Below, in pieces: positions 37,824 to 47,442 of a DNA stretch of 64,000 nucleotides. Source of the stretch: Candidatus Kapaibacterium sp. (GTDB taxonomy: Bacteria; Bacteroidota; Ignavibacteria; Kapaibacteriales; JAEUSM01); the NCBI GenBank assembly GCA_016788785.1, contig JAEUSM010000017.1, positions 77,676 to 141,675 on the forward strand. The letters run 5' to 3'. Under the pieces are notes generated by a model that saw only the letters and a list, made by a program, of their open reading frames with translations, was not told the origin of the DNA and searched no databases. The number at the start of each line of letters is the position of its first letter. Positions within the stretch are counted from its first letter, which is position 1. The position numbers were made by a program, and so were the translations under genes.

Positions 37824-38768
37824 TTACTTTAGTATCAATTTGTAGTGCACCATTTCTTTCTCGTCAATAAACTGAAGAAGTGCCTCAGCATTTGTCAACG
37901 ATACCGTTACAAAACCGTGCATTGCTTTTGCGAATTTTGTTCCTTCCACATTTCCAGTTGGTCTGATTTCTGAACCTGCACCTGAAGTTATGAAGTGAAG
38001 CCCATCTCGTTCAATGTGTTGCAAATCGTGTTCGTGTCCATTCAAATAGGCAGTTACATTGTATTTTTTGAGCAACGGTACAATGTGTTGAACCAATTCT
38101 TTTTGCTCACCTTTACGTTTTCCACCAGAATAGATATGATGATGACCAACGACAAATTTCCATTTTGCTGATGATTTTTTTAATTCATTTTCCAACCATT
38201 GAAGTTGTTTTTTGGTATCTTGACCTTTGACATTGTACTCTTCGTTATGTGCTTGATAATCCTCGATAAATGGATTGGTATCGATATAAAATAACTGCAC
38301 TTCGGTTTTTGGAGTTGCGTCTTCTAACAAATGTTTTTTTGTATAATATCTTGAAGGAAAATTCCATCGACGAGAGCGTTTCATATAGTCGATTTGAGCT
38401 TGAACATTCCCACGATAATCATGATTACCAACGACAGTATACCAAGGAATATGCAACGGATGAGCTTTATAAGGAATTTCGAAGGAATTCATCCATTGAA
38501 TATCATCAACGCTTTGCACTCCAACAGGGTAAAAATTGTCTCCGGTTGAAACGATAAATTCAGCATCGGATTTTTCAACGATATTTGCAAAAGAAGGTAC
38601 TAATTTCATTTGGTCTTCATTCCCATTTCTCCCCCAATCACCAATGACTACAAAGGTAAATGATTTTTTGACGGTAGTAAATGCTTCTTGAGAATGACAA
38701 GTGAACAGAGCGGTAAAAACAACGATAATGTATGCTATTGTTGTTCTTATAAAGGTTAGGATTTTCAT
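37824..38768 (-). CDS. Secreted purple/tartrate-resistant acid phosphatase-like metallophosphoesterase
   Basis: GDWG, GDNFY, GNHD, GHH and GHEH metal-binding motifs; signal peptide. Confidence 0.92.
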   Translation of the reverse strand: MKILTFIRTTIAYIIVVFTALFTCHSQEAFTTVKKSFTFVVIGDWGRNGNEDQMKLVPSFANIVEKSDAEFIVSTGDNFYPVGVQSVDDIQWMNSFEIPYKAHPLHIPWYTVVGNHDYRGNVQAQIDYMKRSRRWNFPSRYYTKKHLLEDATPKTEVQLFYIDTNPFIEDYQAHNEEYNVKGQDTKKQLQWLENELKKSSAKWKFVVGHHHIYSGGKRKGEQKELVQHIVPLLKKYNVTAYLNGHEHDLQHIERDGLHFITSGAGSEIRPTGNVEGTKFAKAMHGFVTVSLTNAEALLQFIDEKEMVHYKLILK

Positions 38769-39712
38769 TATTTTTTCTTGGAGTAATGATAGATAAATTC
38801 TTGTGGACTCTTTGAGCGTTCGCTGACAGTAAAAAAACTTTCACCATCTTGAGAAAAACATATTCCTTCTCCTTGTTCTTCGGCTACAATGCTAATACAA
38901 CGAGCATCTTTTGATAAAGCAGTTGCAATAGTTTCATTTGTTAAGCGGTTCCAATGATAGGCTTTTTCATAATCTCTTAGAATGATTTGGTCTCCTTTTG
39001 AAGAAATATCACCTGCAGTGATAAGACGATAGGGTATGTTTCCTAATTTTTTGAGCATTCGAACTTCCGAATTGACAAATGGAGCTTTCGCTTGATAAAC
39101 TCCTACCGATGCTTCTCGTTTAGAAACTATATACACATCATTGTTTTGTGGGTCAACCATAATTGTTTCAGCATCTCTTTTACCGTCAGGATAGCGGAAT
39201 CGAATAGAAAGTGTTGGTTGAAGAACTATAGATGACGATTGTTGCAACTGAATTGCTGTTGGTTCTTCAAATACCGAAATAGTTTTAATATCTCTTACTG
39301 AATTATTGTCCCCATTATCAGCGACAAATATAGACGATTTATTCGTTATTGGATCTACATTCAAAGCAATGTCTTCAATATCAGTAAAGCCATATTCGCT
39401 TTGTAACCGAACTGAAGCAATCGCAACTCCGTCTGAATTCAAAAGGTGTAAAACCCCTCGACCTCCATCGTCATGAATCCAAAAATAACCTGGCATTGTA
39501 TGACTTGTTACAATTCCAGATGCTTCGACTATCTCTAAAGGAGCAAGTTTTTTTACAAAACTGAAAAGTGTTGTGTCTCTACCAGAACAACGAACACCCA
39601 TTGATATTGTATCAATGGGTGTTTCAGTTGTTTGATTTGTTGATTGATTGTTCATTGAACAACCAATCAAAATATTTGTCAATACTACTATTATAAAAAG
39701 TAGTAACTTCAT
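38768..39712 (-). CDS. Lipoprotein, probable beta-propeller (phytase-like/SdiA-regulated-like)
   Basis: Lipobox LIGC; EASG, DIEDI, ADNGDN, DAET, TAGDIS and QGEGI acidic blade motifs. Confidence 0.6.
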   Translation of the reverse strand: MKLLLFIIVVLTNILIGCSMNNQSTNQTTETPIDTISMGVRCSGRDTTLFSFVKKLAPLEIVEASGIVTSHTMPGYFWIHDDGGRGVLHLLNSDGVAIASVRLQSEYGFTDIEDIALNVDPITNKSSIFVADNGDNNSVRDIKTISVFEEPTAIQLQQSSSIVLQPTLSIRFRYPDGKRDAETIMVDPQNNDVYIVSKREASVGVYQAKAPFVNSEVRMLKKLGNIPYRLITAGDISSKGDQIILRDYEKAYHWNRLTNETIATALSKDARCISIVAEEQGEGICFSQDGESFFTVSERSKSPQEFIYHYSKKK

Positions 39713-39713
39713 C

Positions 39714-41024
39714 TTAATATTTCAATCCTTTACCGTCAGTTGAATAACATCCGATATCCGCAGAAGGTCCTTCAATAGTTCCATTTGGTATTGATGTCAA
39801 TGCAGGAGTAAAGTTTGTTTTTCCTTTTCCAATTGCTGGAGAACCAGTTTTTAGACGGAAATTATAAGAAGAGTAAGTGTTAATTCCTGCAAATGGAGAA
39901 AATGATGTTCTTAATTGGTCTTCAGTGAATGCCATAACATTGTAGTTCACAAACATTGGGTCATTAGCACCTGGAGTTTGTGACATTACATCAGAGGCTT
40001 GTTGCACAGAAACCGAACCTGGAGTTGCTGCTAAAAAGTCTGCAACTAACGATGGGAAAGAACCATAGAAAAAGTTATTACCATATTTTGTGTTAGCTGT
40101 ATCAGGTAGATCCGAACCAGAAACTAAACGAAGTCCATAACGACAATTTACAATCAAGTTGTTATAGATTTGTCCACGAGCTCCAGCTTCGATATTGATA
40201 GAACCACCACGACCAGCTTTTGTTCTTCTGTATCCACAATTTACAAAGGTATTGTTATAAATATCAACATTACACTGAACAGTACTTCCACCTGAATTTG
40301 AAGTTTTTGCACCATTAGTTGCTGCTCCAATGAAAAGGTTATAAGCAATAACACCAACAACCCCACTTTTAATATTCACACATTCACCCCCTGAAGAACC
40401 TTGCATTTCAACAATGTTTCTTGAAAATGAACATTTTCCACCTAAAAATCGAACTGCATCATCAGCTGTACCTGAAATGTATGAATCTTCAATAACAACA
40501 TTTCCATTCACATTGTTATAAACAACTGCATAACGTGGATCGCCATCTTCGTAAACACCCACATATGAGTTTGGTCCAGCAGGTCCACCAACGTGCGTAA
40601 TTTTTGTCCATTTGATTGTCATTTCTGGAGAAGTTTCAAATCCTTGAATACCACCCCAATACCCACGATCATAATTTTCAATAGTAGCTAAGTTTGAAGG
40701 AACTGTTAGAACAACAGGTTTATCTTTTGTACCTAAACTTCTGAACGTCCCTAATACGCGAACTTCTGGAGAAGTTGCTACAGTTTGACCATCTCCTTGG
40801 AATAATAATGTCACACCTGCTTCAAGTGTCCATGTTTTTCCTTCTGGTACAACGATGTCACCAGTTACTCTGTACGTACCTGCTTTTAACGTACCTTCTT
40901 GATTACCAGAAATTCCAGTAGTGTCAGTTGGAGTTGGATTGACAGGATTTTTTTTGTCATCACTACATGATGCAATGGCACCAATAAGCAATAAGAGAAC
41001 GAATAGTTTTTGCAATGTTAGCAT
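39714..41024 (-). CDS. Lipoprotein with parallel beta-helix repeats
   Basis: Lipobox IASC; LTLEAG-like TWTLEAGV, YWGGI, DDAVRFLGG, IYNNTFVNC, IYNNLIVNC, DPMF, SPAIGKG. Confidence 0.75.
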   Translation of the reverse strand: MLTLQKLFVLLLLIGAIASCSDDKKNPVNPTPTDTTGISGNQEGTLKAGTYRVTGDIVVPEGKTWTLEAGVTLLFQGDGQTVATSPEVRVLGTFRSLGTKDKPVVLTVPSNLATIENYDRGYWGGIQGFETSPEMTIKWTKITHVGGPAGPNSYVGVYEDGDPRYAVVYNNVNGNVVIEDSYISGTADDAVRFLGGKCSFSRNIVEMQGSSGGECVNIKSGVVGVIAYNLFIGAATNGAKTSNSGGSTVQCNVDIYNNTFVNCGYRRTKAGRGGSINIEAGARGQIYNNLIVNCRYGLRLVSGSDLPDTANTKYGNNFFYGSFPSLVADFLAATPGSVSVQQASDVMSQTPGANDPMFVNYNVMAFTEDQLRTSFSPFAGINTYSSYNFRLKTGSPAIGKGKTNFTPALTSIPNGTIEGPSADIGCYSTDGKGLKY

Positions 41025-41053
41025 AAGAAACCTAAAAAAAGTAATGTATAAAA

Positions 41054-43894
41054 TTATAATGTATATCGTAATCCAAGTTGTACAGTTCTATTATATAAAT
41101 CCCTTCTCACTAATATCCTATCTGGATTATCTTGCAATGGAGGATTACCTATGAGATTTGTACTTGGTTGTTTGATAAAATGTTCCAATGGCGTGTCTAA
41201 GAGATTTCTCGCTTTAAAGAAGAAAGTTAGGCCAATGTCAGAAAGTTCTTTTTCTATTGAAATATCCACCTGAAGTGTTGTACGCTCCCATTCATCGTTG
41301 TCTTTGAACGGAGATATAATTGCCAAACGTTCACCAGTTAATATACCTGACAGTTGAATATCCCAACCAGCTTCAATATCTTTATACAAAAGTGAGATAT
41401 TCCCTATATGTGCTGATTGTCCTTGTAATGGTCTGGTTTGAGATTCTATTCGTTCAGAGAGTGAACCAACCTTTATAACTGTCGTGTCTATATTAAACTT
41501 GACAACATCTGCTTCGGTTACACGATATCGAATAGATTTATCCGTTGTTATTGATGAATTTGTGTAGGTATAGTTAGCACGAATTCCAAATTTATTAATG
41601 TATTTTGTAAAGTCTGCTTCTATACCGTAGTTCGTTGCAACACCAAAATTTTGTGTTGTCATTGCAATAGAGGTTCCTTGAACTTGTAACGCACGTTCTA
41701 TCGGATCTTGAATTCGCTTATAAAATACACCCAAGAGTATTTGATCTAATGCCTCAGGGAAAAATTCGAATCGAATGTCAACATTATCGGCAGTAACTCT
41801 GTTTAGGTTCGGATTTCCTTGTTGGCGGTAATCTTCTTCAAAGATATTATAGGGAATAACCTCAAAAAATCCGGGTCTACTTATTGAACGAAAATAATTT
41901 GCTCGCCAATTGATTTGTTTTGTTGGCATGTATTTGAAGTGAAGTGAAGGCAAAAGGTCGCTATATGATCTATCACCCGTTGCTCCAGGAATGGAAGCAT
42001 CACTTTCAGTAATCCACGATAGAGCGGTATGTTCGAATCGAACACCAGCTAAAATTTGATAATTCCCAAACTGTATTTTTGATTGTGCATATCCAGCAAA
42101 GACATTCTCATCAATGGTATAATTCAATGCGTTTCTATTAGAACCAGCAGGATTGAAGATTCGAAAGGTCGTTTGGGTCAAATCACCAGTATATTCTTGA
42201 TTTGAAGGGTTTGGTCTGATGAGATATCTATCAAAAATATTTTCTCTTGCTTTCAAACGAACCATACCACCGATTTTGTAATCAATTGACATTTCTTCAT
42301 CTCCAGTTGTGTAGAGTAGATTCGCATAGGAAGCGATATCTCGGTCAGAATTAGAAGTCCATCGACGCAGATAGTCTTGGTCATAAAATATAGGTAAATC
42401 TCTATGGTTTCCATTGGAATCCAATTTTGATTCAGTTGTTAACTGCAACGTCGCCATATCTGGGTCGTTATTCGTTGCGATTGAATATACTGTTGACCAA
42501 TCAAATTTGAGATTTTCTTGTAAAAGGTGAATACCTTGTAGTGTTCCGTTATAAATATTTTGAATTTGTTGACGAGAACGGTATTCAATTGCTACCGTTC
42601 CTTCACCAGAACCAACCCTATTCCTTGCTAAGTTGGTATCAGTAATAAAACGTGATTGTTGGTCTACCAATCGAACGTAGGCATTGTATAAACTAATTTT
42701 ATTCAGCGGTGAAAATTCATAGTCCAATTTGCTATGCAAACCTGAACGTATTTGATGAACGGAAAACTCTCTTCCCAAAACAGAGTTAAAGGCTGTGGAG
42801 TTGTTTTCACGATTGACATCTGTTGTGAACAAATGGCTGGTTGTTCCTAAAAACTGACTTTGGTAACTTGTTGCAAGGATTGCCCCAAATTCTTTTTGTT
42901 CACCAAATCGATTACCAATAGTAAACCCTGCTAATAAATTTGGCATTGGGGTTACTGGAGAAAACTTTGACGCTTCCAATGGAAAATCTGCCATTGTTGC
43001 TTGATAACGTGTTCCATCTGGTGCTGGTGGGTTTATCTGATTTGGTGATAAATGTGATTGAACAGATGTATTAAATTCTTGAAACTTTCGGCTATTCGGA
43101 CCAAAATACTGCAAGTTCGCACCAGTCGACGCATTTGCTTTAAAAAGAAAATATTCTGGTGCATTCTTCATTACCAAATTCACCACACCACCAATTGCAT
43201 CACCTTCCATATCAGGAGTTAATGCCTTTGTAACTTCTAATCTATCTAAAAGTTCTGCCGGAAATATATCCAAAGGAATATAGCGGTTGGAGTTATCGGG
43301 AGAAGGAATTTTTACACCATTAATTAGTGTATAATTGTAGCGTTTATCCATTCCACGAACAATTGCATATTGACCATCTCCGTTTTGATTCCGTTCAATG
43401 GATACACCTGAGACTCTTTGAATAACTTGTGCTACTTGAATATCGGGTGAAACTTCAATTGTTTTTGCAGATACGATATTTAATACTGTTGGAGAATTTT
43501 GTACGGATGTTCTTGCACTTGCTTCCGTAGAAAGATTTTTGCGACCTTCTACAACAACCTGATCACGTTTTAGCTGCGAAGGAAGCATTGCAAAGTTTAC
43601 TCTTGCAGAGTCTGAGGTTGGTGATATAATAATAGATTGCTCAATGGTTTGATATCCAATATATCGAACTACAACAGTATATGTTCCATTTGGAATACCG
43701 GTAATTCGAAATCTTCCATCCAATCCTGCTTTTGCACCAAATTTGGTGTTTCTCAGTGATACGGTTGCTCCAATGAGTGATTCATTAGAGAGTTTATCCG
43801 TTACTTTTCCGCGAAATGTTTGTGCGGAAATCCCTTGAAAAGAAACAACAAATACAACGAAAATCGAAACGACGAATAAGAAAAAATACTTCAC
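41054..43894 (-). CDS. TonB-dependent receptor with N-terminal carboxypeptidase-regulatory-like domain
   Basis: ESLIGATV...DGRF N-domain, plug VQRVSGV...VRG...NGV, EVTKALTPDMEGDAIGGVVNL, NLLD, C-terminal LGLRYTL. Confidence 0.93.
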   Translation of the reverse strand: MKYFFLFVVSIFVVFVVSFQGISAQTFRGKVTDKLSNESLIGATVSLRNTKFGAKAGLDGRFRITGIPNGTYTVVVRYIGYQTIEQSIIISPTSDSARVNFAMLPSQLKRDQVVVEGRKNLSTEASARTSVQNSPTVLNIVSAKTIEVSPDIQVAQVIQRVSGVSIERNQNGDGQYAIVRGMDKRYNYTLINGVKIPSPDNSNRYIPLDIFPAELLDRLEVTKALTPDMEGDAIGGVVNLVMKNAPEYFLFKANASTGANLQYFGPNSRKFQEFNTSVQSHLSPNQINPPAPDGTRYQATMADFPLEASKFSPVTPMPNLLAGFTIGNRFGEQKEFGAILATSYQSQFLGTTSHLFTTDVNRENNSTAFNSVLGREFSVHQIRSGLHSKLDYEFSPLNKISLYNAYVRLVDQQSRFITDTNLARNRVGSGEGTVAIEYRSRQQIQNIYNGTLQGIHLLQENLKFDWSTVYSIATNNDPDMATLQLTTESKLDSNGNHRDLPIFYDQDYLRRWTSNSDRDIASYANLLYTTGDEEMSIDYKIGGMVRLKARENIFDRYLIRPNPSNQEYTGDLTQTTFRIFNPAGSNRNALNYTIDENVFAGYAQSKIQFGNYQILAGVRFEHTALSWITESDASIPGATGDRSYSDLLPSLHFKYMPTKQINWRANYFRSISRPGFFEVIPYNIFEEDYRQQGNPNLNRVTADNVDIRFEFFPEALDQILLGVFYKRIQDPIERALQVQGTSIAMTTQNFGVATNYGIEADFTKYINKFGIRANYTYTNSSITTDKSIRYRVTEADVVKFNIDTTVIKVGSLSERIESQTRPLQGQSAHIGNISLLYKDIEAGWDIQLSGILTGERLAIISPFKDNDEWERTTLQVDISIEKELSDIGLTFFFKARNLLDTPLEHFIKQPSTNLIGNPPLQDNPDRILVRRDLYNRTVQLGLRYTL

Positions 43895-43925
43895 TTGAAC
43901 CTATCATAATCAAAAAATTTGATTA

Positions 43926-43933
43926 CAAATATA
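43926..43933 (-). promoter_or_regulatory. Bacteroidota-type -7 promoter element (TATATTTG) for the TonB receptor operon
   Basis: TAnnTTTG match about 30 bp upstream of the GTG start. Confidence 0.5.
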
Positions 43934-44058
43934 TTCTATAAAAGTCGTAGATACTTCTCTATTATGGGATAGTAACGTATGATATTATCAATAGTTTACA
44001 GTAGAAAATATGGCACAAAACGTGGTGTTATCGTTCGGTAAAGTGAAGCGTTATTTTG

Positions 44059-44087
44059 GTAACAATATCGTAACAATTTGGAAACAG
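44059..44087 (-). promoter_or_regulatory. Pho-box-like triple direct repeat (11-bp period)
   Basis: Minus strand CTGTTTC-caaa-TTGTTAC-gata-TTGTTAC, upstream of a phosphatase-containing operon. Confidence 0.5.
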
Positions 44088-44693
44088 TTATTTAATAAAT
44101 TCCGCTAAATCGTCAGAATTTTTCAGCCAAAGGAGTTGGGTGTCTTCTACTAATGCGATGACAGCTTTTTTTGCTCGATCCAAATCAACGGAATGGTGAT
44201 AAGCAAAATGCCAAATGTCAATTCCTCCATAACTAATTTCCAAACTAAGTAATTGTTCCGTTGTTATGGATTTATTCGCATAAACACGTTCTTTTATGGC
44301 GTCAATAATGATTGGACGCTCTTCTGCAACAAGATGTTCAGGTACGAAATAGTAGTTATCAACTGTTCGCAAATCGCAAATGGGGAATCCTCGTGAAATG
44401 TCTTTGAAGAGTGGCAAAAAAGTTAATGACACTGCATAATGCGTTTCCCCAGATTCTTCTATCCACAAATCGTCCCAAACAGCTCGGTCATGCTCTTTGA
44501 GCCATTCAAAAAAAGCGATTTCGTGTGCTGGGAGTTGTAGTAATCGTGATTGCGAAAATGGAGACGACGCTATTTCCTCCAATTGTTCTGAAGTTAAGGA
44601 ATTGAACGTTTCTTCTGACATAATAAGAACATCTTCACGTGAAGGATGAAGTTCAAAAAAAGAAAAGATATCGGAATTTTGAATAGAACTCAC
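44088..44693 (-). CDS. Hypothetical soluble acidic protein downstream of clpS
   Basis: 201-aa ORF starting 4 bp after the clpS stop; globular-looking, aromatic-rich. Confidence 0.75.
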   Translation of the reverse strand: MSSIQNSDIFSFFELHPSREDVLIMSEETFNSLTSEQLEEIASSPFSQSRLLQLPAHEIAFFEWLKEHDRAVWDDLWIEESGETHYAVSLTFLPLFKDISRGFPICDLRTVDNYYFVPEHLVAEERPIIIDAIKERVYANKSITTEQLLSLEISYGGIDIWHFAYHHSVDLDRAKKAVIALVEDTQLLWLKNSDDLAEFIK

Positions 44694-44697
44694 CTAC

Positions 44698-45036
44698 TTA
44701 GCACTGAATTTCGGTTAACAATGCTATCTCTTGTAAAATGCCACTTACTTGTAAACATTCTTCAATATTTCCTTCGTATACCATTGCTTTACCTTTGGTA
44801 TGTACTTCCCATGTCAAGGTTTCTGCTTGGTCATAAGTGCATTGCGTAGCTTTGACAATTTGTTCAGAAACTTCTTCGAAGGTGTGGTGTTCATCGTTGT
44901 ACAAAATTACTTTTGCTATCAGAACGACATCTTCTAATTCTAATACTTCATACTCAAATTCTGGCGTTGGATTTTCGCGAGTTGCTAAAACGTTGTACTG
45001 TACCATTTTTTGATTCATTGTAATTTGTTCTATCAT
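44698..45036 (-). CDS. clpS: ATP-dependent Clp protease adaptor ClpS
   Basis: KVILYNDEHHTFEEV, QAETLTWEVHTKGKAMV. Confidence 0.9.
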   Translation of the reverse strand: MIEQITMNQKMVQYNVLATRENPTPEFEYEVLELEDVVLIAKVILYNDEHHTFEEVSEQIVKATQCTYDQAETLTWEVHTKGKAMVYEGNIEECLQVSGILQEIALLTEIQC

Positions 45037-45125
45037 TGAAATTAAATTTCGTTCTATTCGTTCAAAAATAAACTGTGTTACTTTGTTGACGTTAATTTAC
45101 GTATATAATTGCTGTTTATACTTGT

Positions 45126-46589
45126 TTGCAACCTATGATTTTAAAAAATACACCTATCTTGTCGGAATTAGAATCGCAGTACCTTCCACCATCGCTCCAA
45201 GAGTGGATTGAGTCATTGGCTTCAAAAACTACTGATGGCGAAACTGTTTTTAATAGTTTGCACTCAAAAACAGATGATGGCATTGTTATTCAGCCAATTT
45301 ATACTAACAACGAAAAAGAAGTTGTAGATATTCCCTTTTTACGTAATAGAGCATGGCAAACACTGACGACCATGCCAACTGACATAGAAAAATGGGTGGA
45401 ATGCACCAATACTCCAAGCTCAGAATCGATGAATGCGTTCTATGTACCATTGGAAGAAACAGTTTATTCTGCGTCTTTTGAGTCAAACCCTGTTACTGCA
45501 TTAAAAACATGTTTGGAGCATAGCAATCAAGTCGGAAAAACTGCCCTAACTTCGCCGTTGTTTTCATCTGTCAATGCACATCAAATCGAATCATTGATAC
45601 CTAAGTTATCGCAACAATCTCACTATGTACTCTTTGACCCATTTCATTATGTTACTTATCATAACCAAATTCCATCCAGCAAGGAAGCATTGCTTCAACC
45701 ATTAGTAGATTGGTGTGGTGCTTTGCATTCGACACAATCCAAAACAATCGGTGTTAATACTTCCGTTGTGTCATTAGGTGGAGCAACGTCAGTACAAGAA
45801 ATTGGGTATGCAATAGCCTCAATGGTGGAATATCTTCGTTTTGCAGATTCCAAAGGAATTGATGCTGAGGCGTTGTTACAAAAAATGGTGTGTACCTTAT
45901 CCGTATCTACGAACTTTTTTGAGGAAGTGGCGAAAATCAGGGCTATCAGAATTGTGTGGGATTCGGTGTTAGAATATTTGGGTGTGGATAAATCAAAACG
46001 GACAATGGAACTCCATACTGTTTCTGCAATGAAAAATCTTACAAAAAAAGACCCATTTACGAATGTATTGCGTACTGCAACTTCGACTATGGCAGGAATT
46101 GTCGGCAATGCTTCTGCTATTCTTATTCCACATTTTGATATACTCCACACTATCGACCCAACGCCATTTTCGCAAAAAATAGCTCAGCAAATGCATCATA
46201 TTTTTGCTTTCGAATCAGGATTGAATGACGTCGTAGACCCATCAAAAGGTTCCTTTTTCCTTGAAGAACTCACTGCTCAAATTGCCGAAAAATCCTTAGC
46301 CTATTTCAAGCGTATTGAACAAAACGGTGGAATATATCAATCATTAACTGACGGTAGCTTCCAAGCAGACGTGAACGCTGCAAAACAAGCATCACTTCGT
46401 CAATACACCGACAAAACAAAAAAAATCGTCGGTACAAGCTACTCTCCATCGGAGACAACCTACCCACAAGACGCCGTTTGGAACACCCCACACTCCACAA
46501 AAAAACATCCCACAATTCATTCATTGCAGGATGGTTTTCAAACTATTTCCCAATTCGACAGAACTCGCAACTCAGAAAGTTTTGAGTAG
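45126..46589 (+). CDS. Methylmalonyl-CoA mutase family protein (non-catalytic beta/small-subunit-like)
   Basis: TDDGIVIQPIYT, GATSVQEIGYA, FFEEVAKIRAIR, DPFTNVLRT, DPSKGSFFLEELT; no DxHxxG B12 motif. Confidence 0.8.
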   Translation: MQPMILKNTPILSELESQYLPPSLQEWIESLASKTTDGETVFNSLHSKTDDGIVIQPIYTNNEKEVVDIPFLRNRAWQTLTTMPTDIEKWVECTNTPSSESMNAFYVPLEETVYSASFESNPVTALKTCLEHSNQVGKTALTSPLFSSVNAHQIESLIPKLSQQSHYVLFDPFHYVTYHNQIPSSKEALLQPLVDWCGALHSTQSKTIGVNTSVVSLGGATSVQEIGYAIASMVEYLRFADSKGIDAEALLQKMVCTLSVSTNFFEEVAKIRAIRIVWDSVLEYLGVDKSKRTMELHTVSAMKNLTKKDPFTNVLRTATSTMAGIVGNASAILIPHFDILHTIDPTPFSQKIAQQMHHIFAFESGLNDVVDPSKGSFFLEELTAQIAEKSLAYFKRIEQNGGIYQSLTDGSFQADVNAAKQASLRQYTDKTKKIVGTSYSPSETTYPQDAVWNTPHSTKKHPTIHSLQDGFQTISQFDRTRNSESFE

Positions 46590-46676
46590 GTAGGATTGGT
46601 TGGGAGGTAATTTAAATCAAAAACCATTTCAAAGTTGATTTGAAGTAGCTTAAGATTAATATTACACTCTATAAAT

Positions 46677-47432
46677 CTAAGGATTATTCCAACAATTTGT
46701 ATAACATGGTTTAGACCCATATTTACTTTGTAAAGAACAGTCAGTAACAGACGTTATTTTGGTTTCTTTAATTCGTAATATTAAGGATCGGGATTCAGAG
46801 TTTCCTGCCTCAGGGTCTGTACTACTTACATCTGTACATACTTTATACGTTTTCTTACAACAATTATAACCACACTTCTGCCATTTAGTATATACAGCAC
46901 ACCCAGGGTACAAAATAGATTCAGGATATGGAGGTGTATATCCTCGATCACAATTGCGAGTTGAACTTCCTACTATAGCATAATTACATTCTAAAAAAAT
47001 TCCACAACTTGCAGTGAAAAAATTCACCCAAGTCACACTATCAATACAACCAGTGGTTGAATTTCTAATCCAAGGCAAAGAATCATGACCTCTTTGTACC
47101 CAATGATCTTGCATTAATCCTAATTCAACCGAAGAGCGTAGAGAGGCAAATTCATAGTGCTCCATTTTAAATTCTCTCAAGAATCCAGCATTATCAACTG
47201 TAGAAACACTTAATATATCAATCTCTAAAACACCATTACAGTACCTATACCGATAAGTAACAAATGCAAATTGATCAAATTTAAAACTAAGCTGAACTCT
47301 TCTATTTGGAACAGTTTCTCTCCATTCACAATTTGACGAATCACCTGGACATACAATGTTATTATCCCATTGACAAAATACTCCAGTAAATGACGTCAGA
47401 AAAACAATGATTGAAATTATATAAATTTTCAT
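46677..47432 (-). CDS. Secreted cysteine-rich hypothetical protein (paralog B)
   Basis: Signal peptide; 16 Cys; shares motifs with 49498..50280. Confidence 0.8.
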   Translation of the reverse strand: MKIYIISIIVFLTSFTGVFCQWDNNIVCPGDSSNCEWRETVPNRRVQLSFKFDQFAFVTYRYRYCNGVLEIDILSVSTVDNAGFLREFKMEHYEFASLRSSVELGLMQDHWVQRGHDSLPWIRNSTTGCIDSVTWVNFFTASCGIFLECNYAIVGSSTRNCDRGYTPPYPESILYPGCAVYTKWQKCGYNCCKKTYKVCTDVSSTDPEAGNSESRSLILRIKETKITSVTDCSLQSKYGSKPCYTNCWNNP

Positions 47433-47442
47433 TTGCTATTTC

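Noticed and set aside
45126-46589. Mutase lacking a B12-binding domain as a pseudogene truncated by the island
   Set aside because: The ORF is uninterrupted, and short non-catalytic beta subunits are known in this group; there is no frameshift evidence
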